Source: Verrucomicrobiales bacterium
GTDB lineage: Bacteria; Actinomycetota; Acidimicrobiia; Acidimicrobiales; SHLQ01
Assembly (NCBI GenBank): GCA_047638715.1
Contig: JBLIMK010000001.1
Location: forward strand, 32,729-96,728
DNA: 64,000 nucleotides
Direction of reading: 5' to 3'
A model generated the notes under the pieces. That model was not told the DNA's origin. It ran no database searches and saw only the letters and a list, made by a program, of their open reading frames with translations. This document shows positions 57,897-64,000 of the stretch, in pieces; within the stretch, counting starts at the first letter, position 1; every line of letters begins with the position of its first letter. A program made the position numbers and the translations under genes.

Positions 57897-58627
57897 ACGG
57901 GTCCCGGGAGACACCCAAAAACGAAGACAACTTTGTGTTCTTCGAACAAGAAATCGTCTTCGAAGAACTGGATGCAACACCATCGGAAGCCGACGAAACC
58001 CCGATCGAAGAGTCGTCGCTTCGGTTCGTGGCCGAGTGGGTGGCGGTCATCGCGAGCGCCCTCCTCGCGGCTCTGCTGATCAAGGCGTACATTTTCCAAG
58101 CATTCGAGATTCCCTCGGCGTCGATGCAGACCACCGTCAATGTGGGCGATCGCATCCTCGTGAACAAGCTGAGTTATCGACTAGGCGACGTCAGTCGTGG
58201 CGATCTGGTCGTATTCGGGCGCCTCGAGGGCACACCCGGTGACACCGACGAACTCATCAAGCGAGCTATCGCACTTCCGGGGGAGACGATCGAACTTCGA
58301 GACGACGGACGGTTGTGGATCTGGCAACCAGGCGAAGGCCCCGATGATGGCCGCCGCCTCGATGAGCCCTATCTCGACGATGTCAACGCTGTGCTTGGAG
58401 CGCCCAATGCCTCCGACGCACTGTCGACCGACGTCTGGGATCCACGATGTGTGAACCAACCGCGCGAAGTCGGTCGTTGCACCCTCGATGCATCGAGCTA
58501 TTTCATGATGGGCGACAACCGGAACGGATCTTCGGATTCGCGCTTCTTCGGACCCGTTCCCGAAACGAACATAGTCGGTCGAGCGTTCGCCCGAATCTGG
58601 CCTGTGCTAGAGATCAGCGGGCTGTAG
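57893..58627 (+). CDS. lepB: Signal peptidase I (paralog 1)
   Basis: TM anchor, catalytic Ser box IPSASMQTT, Lys box LIKRAIALPGE and box E GDNRNGSSDSR. GTGA overlap with the pafC stop. Confidence 0.88.
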   Translation: MNGSRETPKNEDNFVFFEQEIVFEELDATPSEADETPIEESSLRFVAEWVAVIASALLAALLIKAYIFQAFEIPSASMQTTVNVGDRILVNKLSYRLGDVSRGDLVVFGRLEGTPGDTDELIKRAIALPGETIELRDDGRLWIWQPGEGPDDGRRLDEPYLDDVNAVLGAPNASDALSTDVWDPRCVNQPREVGRCTLDASSYFMMGDNRNGSSDSRFFGPVPETNIVGRAFARIWPVLEISGL

Positions 58628-58691
58628 CACTGCTCCTGCGAGCCACCGGGGTGCCCCTGTTCGCTGAGCACAGTGAGTACCCTGGGGAGCT

Positions 58692-59849
58692 GTGACAGAA
58701 CTCGAGGACCCGACGCAGAGCCCGTCTGGACACGAGCCGACGGGCGCCGACGACCCAGAGTGGGTAAAGGGTGTGGTCGCGAGAGCACTTCTGCACGCAG
58801 CGAGGAATGAGACGACGCCCGACCCGACACCAGCTATCCGAGCGCCGTCGGCATGGCCGGGGATGTCCACGCTCGATACAGCGTCGGCCACTGGCGCACG
58901 GCTCGCTGCTCGCGACGTCCCCAAAGTCCTAGAACCGACTGCGGGCGCGCCCATGAGTGTCGACGCGCTGCCCGCGGTCGTTGAGCGTTCTGAGGTCGTT
59001 GAGCGTTCTGAGGTCGTTGAGCGTTCTGAGGTCGTTGAGCGTTCTGAGGTCGCTCGCCCGACGACGGTCGATATCAGAAATTCTGCCGACTACGGCCAAC
59101 CTCGTGAACTCGTGCCACATGGCTCCTTGCCCGCTGTAATTTCCGTTGGGGTCTACGACCAAAATGGTGCCGAGGCGGTCTTAGCCGATGCCGTAATGGA
59201 AGAAACCGAGGCCAAGACAGAGGGTTACCGGTCATCGGATCTACGCACGGCGCTCGAGTGGCTCGCGGTCGTCGTGTCGGCACTTATCGTTGCTCTGCTG
59301 ATCAAAGGTTTTGTGCTTCAGGCATTTTGGATCCCGTCGGAGTCGATGGAGAGCACCGTCAACAAGGGCGATCGAATACTCGTCAACAAGCTCAGCTACA
59401 ACCTGCACGAGGTGCGGCGGGGCGATCTCGTGGTTTTCGAGAAGCTCGAAGGAAGCACAGGCGACACCAAAGACTTGATCAAACGTGCAATTGCTCTGCC
59501 CGGAGAGACAATCGAGATCCGCGATGATGGTCGCATCTGGATCTGGGGCCCCGGACAGACGCCCGACGATGCCAAGTTGCTTGAGGAGCCATACTTGGAT
59601 CCGCAAAACGTAATTTTGGCCACCCCGTCAGCATCCGACTCCGGAGCGGGAGACGTTTGGCACCAGGCCTGTAGGAATCAGCCGCGAACGCCCGGTCGAT
59701 GCACGCTGCCCGATGACAGCTACTTCATGATGGGCGACAATCGGTTCCGGTCGTCTGACTCCCGGGTGTTTGGTCCGGTTCCGGCCGACAACATCGTGGG
59801 TCGGGCCTTCCTCCGAATCTGGCCGCTCGGCGACGTCTCGACGTTGTAG
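58692..59849 (+). CDS. lepB: Signal peptidase I (paralog 2) with a ~190-aa N-terminal extension containing a (VVERSE)x4 repeat
   Basis: Motifs IPSESMESTV, LIKRAIALPGE and GDNRFRSSDSR. GTG at 58692 is preceded by GGGGAG. Confidence 0.85.
   Translation: MTELEDPTQSPSGHEPTGADDPEWVKGVVARALLHAARNETTPDPTPAIRAPSAWPGMSTLDTASATGARLAARDVPKVLEPTAGAPMSVDALPAVVERSEVVERSEVVERSEVVERSEVARPTTVDIRNSADYGQPRELVPHGSLPAVISVGVYDQNGAEAVLADAVMEETEAKTEGYRSSDLRTALEWLAVVVSALIVALLIKGFVLQAFWIPSESMESTVNKGDRILVNKLSYNLHEVRRGDLVVFEKLEGSTGDTKDLIKRAIALPGETIEIRDDGRIWIWGPGQTPDDAKLLEEPYLDPQNVILATPSASDSGAGDVWHQACRNQPRTPGRCTLPDDSYFMMGDNRFRSSDSRVFGPVPADNIVGRAFLRIWPLGDVSTL
58977..59048 (+). repeat. Perfect 4 x 18-bp in-frame tandem repeat (GTCGTTGAGCGTTCTGAG = VVERSE)
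   Basis: Read directly from the sequence: four identical copies at 58977, 58995, 59013 and 59031, followed by a 4-nt partial copy. Confidence 0.97.
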
Positions 59850-59884
59850 GAAACAAATCCTGCGGCTCCAAGTTGGCCGTGCTC

Positions 59885-60628
59885 TCAGTGGACGCTTGGC
59901 TGGTCTGGTTTGTCCTGGGCCGTGTGAGCTGACATGGCGTCCATCATCACATCGACGTGGTCGCTGTAAACACCGTCGAGACCCATCCTGAGGAGGTCCC
60001 GAAGAATACGTTCGTGCTGCGCGTCCCACCCAAAACAAAGTCGGTCGAAGCGGTGAAACAGCGTCGCCGTGCCACCGGTCCACTCGGTCTGCCGCAGGTT
60101 GACGGCGTCTATGCCCGCCTCTGCGAGTTGGTGGGCACGTAGCTCGGGTCCACGTTCCATTGCTTTGAGCGACGTGGAATCGACGAGTCGGACGTGGGGG
60201 TCGAGCGACCGCCACTCAGCGAGCCGCCGCCAGTCGTGATGACACAAATAAAGGCGATTGCGATCGAGCGGCTCGAGCGTCGAGGACCAGCTGAGGAGTG
60301 GTTCCATCGCAACGTCGTCTTTGACGTCGATGGAGATGTCGAGCGTCGGTGGGATCCGATCGAATAGTTCTGGCAATGTGATTACGGTCTCGGGCAGCGC
60401 GTCGCGCTGCAGCGCTCGGATCTGTTTGCGTCGGAGACCAACATGGCCGTCATGATTCAGGACGAGTTGTCCGTCAGCGGTAATCCAAACATCCGACTCG
60501 ATACCGGTCGCTCCGAGCTTCACCGCCAGATCGAATGCTTCAGGCGTATTTTCAGGCGCGTGAGCCCGAGCGCCACGGTGCGCAAATCCGATCGGAATCT
60601 CTCGCTTCGACGGTAATCGCATACCCAT
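59885..60628 (-). CDS. Glycerophosphodiester phosphodiesterase family protein (second copy in the window)
   Basis: Motifs GFAHRGARAHAPENT and IESDVWITADG. 247 aa. Confidence 0.8.
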   Translation of the reverse strand: MGMRLPSKREIPIGFAHRGARAHAPENTPEAFDLAVKLGATGIESDVWITADGQLVLNHDGHVGLRRKQIRALQRDALPETVITLPELFDRIPPTLDISIDVKDDVAMEPLLSWSSTLEPLDRNRLYLCHHDWRRLAEWRSLDPHVRLVDSTSLKAMERGPELRAHQLAEAGIDAVNLRQTEWTGGTATLFHRFDRLCFGWDAQHERILRDLLRMGLDGVYSDHVDVMMDAMSAHTAQDKPDQPSVH

Positions 60629-60678
60629 ATGGGCAGTGTTGCGCTTCTCGAGCTGCTGTACACAACCGAACCCGTCTT

Positions 60679-60712
60679 GGCCGAAGCCGTGCTGAGCATG
60701 GTCGCTTCGGCC
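60679..60712. other. Strong stem-loop (9-bp perfect stem GGCCGAAGC/GCTTCGGCC, 16-nt loop) in a 197-nt intergenic region
   Basis: Read directly from the sequence. It is followed by an AT-rich stretch and a second small hairpin, GGGAA-atcg-TTCCC. Confidence 0.45.
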
Positions 60713-60825
60713 TACTTCATTAATTGGAAATAGTCCTCATGCTCCTCAAGGGAAATCGTTCCCCGTCCGAATAATCCTGTGTAAGCGCAAGCACCGATTG
60801 CGCGATGTGGAGTGTGACGAAGAAG

Positions 60826-61158
60826 ATGGCAACGATTCGAGCTAGTTGTTCAGACTGCGGCGACGTGGAGCTGACGACGGACGACGTCACGGTACGAGTG
60901 TGCCTCGATGATGACCGTGGCGAGTACCGATTTACCTGTCCCGTCTGCACGATGGTCGTGGTCAAACCGGCCGAACATCGCACGATCGACCTGCTCGTCG
61001 CCAGCGGTGTACACATGGACACGTGGACGCTTCCAGCGGAGCTCTTCGAGACCCGCTCGGGTCGCAAGATCGACCACGATGACATCTTGGACTTTCACCG
61101 TCTCCTCGACGATGAGGCAGCGATCGCCGAAGCACTCGCTGCCATTGCCGAGCGCTAG
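60826..61158 (+). CDS. Hypothetical zinc-ribbon-like protein
   Basis: Cysteine pairs CSDC...CPVC within the first 50 aa and an acidic C-terminal helix. An alternative ATG lies at 60805. No family recognised. Confidence 0.5.
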   Translation: MATIRASCSDCGDVELTTDDVTVRVCLDDDRGEYRFTCPVCTMVVVKPAEHRTIDLLVASGVHMDTWTLPAELFETRSGRKIDHDDILDFHRLLDDEAAIAEALAAIAER

Positions 61159-61226
61159 CCCGCATCGCTGCAGACTTTCAACACCGATGCGCTTTCGCCG
61201 GTCTTCAGCAGCAGTAGCCTGAGCAA

Positions 61227-61610
61227 ATGTTCAACGTTGGGGGTGGCGAATTCCTCATCATCTTTCTCATCGCTCTCGTGGTGCTTGGCCCGACCAAACT
61301 CCCCGAGGTAGCGCGCCAAGTCGGCAAGGTTGTGGGCGAGTTCCGGCGAATCTCGTCGGGCTTCCAACGAGAGATTAAGTCTGCGATGGACGACCCGGTT
61401 GCGAGGGCCACCGGTCAAACGAACTCGCCGACCGCGAACTCCAAGAGCGACGTAACGCGCATTGCTGAGCCGAGCGCACTTTCAAACGAACCGTCTGTTC
61501 CGGACCCCGAGGCCGTGTCGCCGTCGACTTCGGCGACCGCACCCGACAGCGACGCGACGACCGAAAAAGATGGCGATGGCCCGGACGCTCCGATGTTCGG
61601 TGATCGCTGA
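61227..61610 (+). CDS. tatA: Twin-arginine translocase TatA/TatB-family protein
   Basis: N-terminus GEFLIIFLIALVVLGPTKLPE followed by an amphipathic helix. 127 aa. Confidence 0.85.
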   Translation: MFNVGGGEFLIIFLIALVVLGPTKLPEVARQVGKVVGEFRRISSGFQREIKSAMDDPVARATGQTNSPTANSKSDVTRIAEPSALSNEPSVPDPEAVSPSTSATAPDSDATTEKDGDGPDAPMFGDR

Positions 61611-62425
61611 TGGCGGACGACACCGGCACGGTTAACCAACGCGTCGAGGGTGAGATGACCCTCATGGAACATCTCACGGAGCTGCGGCAGCGCATCGTGA
61701 AGAGCGCTATTGCGATCGTCGTCGGCGCGGTTGGTTGTCTCGTTTTCTACGACCGAATTTTCGATTTTCTGATCGACCCCTACTGCAAGGCGCTCGAAGA
61801 GCTCGATAGCGAGACCGCGCTCTTGGACGAATGTGTCCTGGTCCTACGAGAGCCGTTGGAGGGGTTTTCCCTCGTTCTGACGGTCGCGGGGTATGGCGGC
61901 CTCATGATCGCGATGCCCATCATCCTTTGGCAGCTCTGGCAGTTTGTAGTTCCGGGTCTCTACCCCCATGAGAAGCGATGGGCCATCCCGTTCGTGTTCT
62001 CGGGCGCCGTGCTCTTCTTCTTTGGCTCCGGTCTTGCCTACTGGTCGATTCCGAGAGCGCTCGACTTCCTTCTCAACATCGCCGGGCCCGACATAGCGCC
62101 GTTCCTCGGCCCTGGTCCGTACTTATCGTTCCTGATCAAAATGTTGGTTGCTTTCGGGCTGGGATTTCAGTTCCCGCTCATCCTCATCTTGTTGCAGCTG
62201 ATCGGTGTCGTGACAGTGGCACAGCTACGCAGCGGCCGCCGTTACGCGATCGTCGGCATCGTGGTTCTCGTAGCGGTGCTCACACCTTCGGGCGATCCAA
62301 TCACGCTCATGGTGTTGTCGGTGCCGATGTACATCTTCTACGAAGCGGCGATTATCTGGGGTTGGCTACGCGCCCGGAGTAAGAAGAAGAAGAAGAGTAA
62401 GAAGAAGACGGTCCCAGTCAAATGA
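61610..62425 (+). CDS. tatC: Twin-arginine translocase subunit TatC
   Basis: N-terminal MTLMEHLTELRQRI and six-TM topology. TGATG overlap with tatA. Unusual C-terminal SKKKKKSKKK tail. Confidence 0.92.
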   Translation: MADDTGTVNQRVEGEMTLMEHLTELRQRIVKSAIAIVVGAVGCLVFYDRIFDFLIDPYCKALEELDSETALLDECVLVLREPLEGFSLVLTVAGYGGLMIAMPIILWQLWQFVVPGLYPHEKRWAIPFVFSGAVLFFFGSGLAYWSIPRALDFLLNIAGPDIAPFLGPGPYLSFLIKMLVAFGLGFQFPLILILLQLIGVVTVAQLRSGRRYAIVGIVVLVAVLTPSGDPITLMVLSVPMYIFYEAAIIWGWLRARSKKKKKSKKKTVPVK

Positions 62426-64000
62426 CGTCCGGTCTGTCTGGACCGCCTCGCAACTTCGATCTGGACCCCTTTCAGGTCGAAGCGATCGATCATCTGAACG
62501 CCGGACGTTCGGTCGTTGTGGCGGCGCCTACCGGAAGCGGCAAGACGTACGTTGCCGAGCATGCGCTCGCCGCGGCACGAAACAATGGTCGCCGCGGCCT
62601 CTACACAACACCGATCAAGGCACTGTCGAACCAGAAGTTCCGCGATCTTCGCGGTTGGCTTGGGAGCGACAATGTTGGGCTGCTGACAGGCGACAACTCG
62701 ATCAACGGCGATGCCACCGCGGTCGTAATGACGACCGAGGTTCTTCGGAACATGTTGTACGCCGAACCACAACGACTGGCGACAACCGACGTGGTCGTGA
62801 TGGACGAGGTCCACTATCTGCAGGACAACTTCCGCGGTCCCGTCTGGGAAGAGGTCATCATCCACCTTCCCTCACATATTCAGATCGTTGCGTTGTCGGC
62901 CACGGTGTCGAACGCAGACGAGCTAGCGGCGTGGATAAGCGATGTCCATGGAGCATGTGTCGCCGTTACCGAGAAGACGAGGCCGGTCCAACTACAGAAC
63001 AACTATTTCGTGGGCGAGAAGGGCTCTGGTCGGAGTCACGTCATCGAGACGCTGCAAAAGAAACGAGCGAACCCGAGCGGTCGACGATTCGATTCTGCGC
63101 CGAATCGAAGACAGGGCGGCGATCGGCGAAAGGGTCCTCCCCAGAAGCGACCTTGGCGCACGCCCCGGCGACATGAGGTGATCGAGGAGCTCGACCGCCG
63201 AGGGTTGCTCCCTGCCATCACATTCATCTTCAGCCGAGCGGGCTGCGAGGATGCGGTAAGCCAACTTCGTAGCAGTGGAGTGTCGCTCACCGATTCGGAC
63301 ACTGCCGCGAAGATCGCCGAAGTCGTCGAGAACCGCACTGCCCATCTGTCCGACAACGACCGCCGGGCCCTCGGTTACGCCGGTTGGCTCGCTGGGCTCA
63401 AGGCAGGAATCGCTGCTCACCACGCGGGTATCGTTCCGCTCTTCAAGGAGACGGTTGAAGAGCTCTTCACCGCCGGGTACCTGAAGGCGGTGTTTGCCAC
63501 CGAGACGCTGGCACTCGGTATCAACATGCCCGCACGCACTGTCGTCATCGAGAAGCTCTCGAAGTTCACCGGTGAGCAACACGAACTCCTCACGGCGAGC
63601 GACTACACCCAGCTCACGGGCCGTGCTGGTCGACGGGGCATCGACGACCGTGGATACGCCGTTGTGCTTTGGACGCCATTCACCAGCTTTGACGAGGTCG
63701 TGAGCCTGGCGCGTTCGACGACGTTCGAACTGCACTCTGCATTTCGGCCGACCTACAACATGACGTGTCATCTCGTAAGTCGCTACACGCGCGGACAGGC
63801 CGAAGGACTCGTGTCGAAGTCGTTTGGTCAGTTCCAGGCCAACCGTGCTGTGCACGAGCTTGAAAAACGGCGCGACCGCCTGCGTGGTGAACTCGGCACG
63901 GATTCTCAACAGCAAACCTCAGGAGACGCTCGAGAACGCGCGGCCGAGATCGGCGCTGCAGTAACAAAGCTCCGACCGGGCGATGTCGTCGACGTGGCGG
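62422..64000 (+). CDS. helY: Ski2/HelY-type DEAD/DEAH-box helicase (partial; continues beyond the window end)
   Basis: My own translation from the ATG at 62422: MTSGLSGPPRNFDLDPFQVEAIDHL...AAPTGSGKT...VVMDEVHYLQD...SATV. ATGA overlap with tatC. It is absent from the ORF track because there is no stop in the window. Confidence 0.9.
   Translation, partial: MTSGLSGPPRNFDLDPFQVEAIDHLNAGRSVVVAAPTGSGKTYVAEHALAAARNNGRRGLYTTPIKALSNQKFRDLRGWLGSDNVGLLTGDNSINGDATAVVMTTEVLRNMLYAEPQRLATTDVVVMDEVHYLQDNFRGPVWEEVIIHLPSHIQIVALSATVSNADELAAWISDVHGACVAVTEKTRPVQLQNNYFVGEKGSGRSHVIETLQKKRANPSGRRFDSAPNRRQGGDRRKGPPQKRPWRTPRRHEVIEELDRRGLLPAITFIFSRAGCEDAVSQLRSSGVSLTDSDTAAKIAEVVENRTAHLSDNDRRALGYAGWLAGLKAGIAAHHAGIVPLFKETVEELFTAGYLKAVFATETLALGINMPARTVVIEKLSKFTGEQHELLTASDYTQLTGRAGRRGIDDRGYAVVLWTPFTSFDEVVSLARSTTFELHSAFRPTYNMTCHLVSRYTRGQAEGLVSKSFGQFQANRAVHELEKRRDRLRGELGTDSQQQTSGDARERAAEIGAAVTKLRPGDVVDVA

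Noticed and set aside
58977-59048. Considered whether the 18-bp tandem repeat could be a CRISPR-like or regulatory array.
   Set aside because: The copies are directly adjacent with no spacers. They are codon-aligned inside an intact signal-peptidase ORF, and no cas genes are nearby. It is a coding VNTR.
1-64000. Scan for tRNA, rRNA and tmRNA genes (T-loop GGTTCGAAT-type boxes in non-coding gaps), transposases, integrases and toxin-antitoxin pairs.
   Set aside because: T-loop-like strings occur only inside coding regions, for example in cvnC. All gaps are under 200 nt, and no mobile-element proteins were recognised. A tRNAscan/Infernal run would be the definitive check.

Overview
GC-rich, densely coding chromosomal segment with short, often overlapping gene junctions. 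It looks like core actinobacterial genome; gene content and synteny hint at a non-mycobacterial lineage such as Acidimicrobiia, but that is inference only. I support about 63 protein-coding genes. By eye I found no rRNA, tRNA, CRISPR array, transposase, integrase or prophage block.

Left to right, the window contains:
- a partial H+-pyrophosphatase, 5-formyl-THF cyclo-ligase, and trkA followed by two trkH paralogs;
- an M18 aminopeptidase and glutamate synthase gltBD;
- a four-gene conservon-type module (sensor ATPase, roadblock protein, DUF742 protein, small GTPase);
- pyruvate kinase, mobA, a rhodanese and RNase D;
- a MocR-regulated omega-aminotransferase / mmsA / LOG-like operon;
- an HxlR-fbiC (F420) operon;
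- an orphan ABC ATPase, then a Na/Pi cotransporter with a separate PhoU-like gene;
- tkt-tal, a desaturase-FIST pair, and PBP4 with a LON-N-domain protein;
- a complete, contiguous Pup-proteasome locus (arc/mpa, dop, pup, prcB, prcA, pafA, pafB, pafC);
- two signal peptidase I paralogs, tatA-tatC and a partial helY-type helicase.

I see no convincing entirely new system. The candidates most worth a second look are:
1. A tightly coupled six-gene operon just upstream of the proteasome locus. It links three uncharacterised small proteins to a GG-terminated ThiS/TtuB-like carrier, a TtuA-type PP-loop thiolase and TrmI.
2. The translationally coupled desaturase-FIST pair.
3. Signal peptidases inserted between pafBC and tat, one carrying a perfect 4 x 18-bp in-frame repeat.
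4. 21-nt direct repeats bracketing the orphan ABC ATPase.

All family assignments rest on motifs read directly from the translations. No database search was run.
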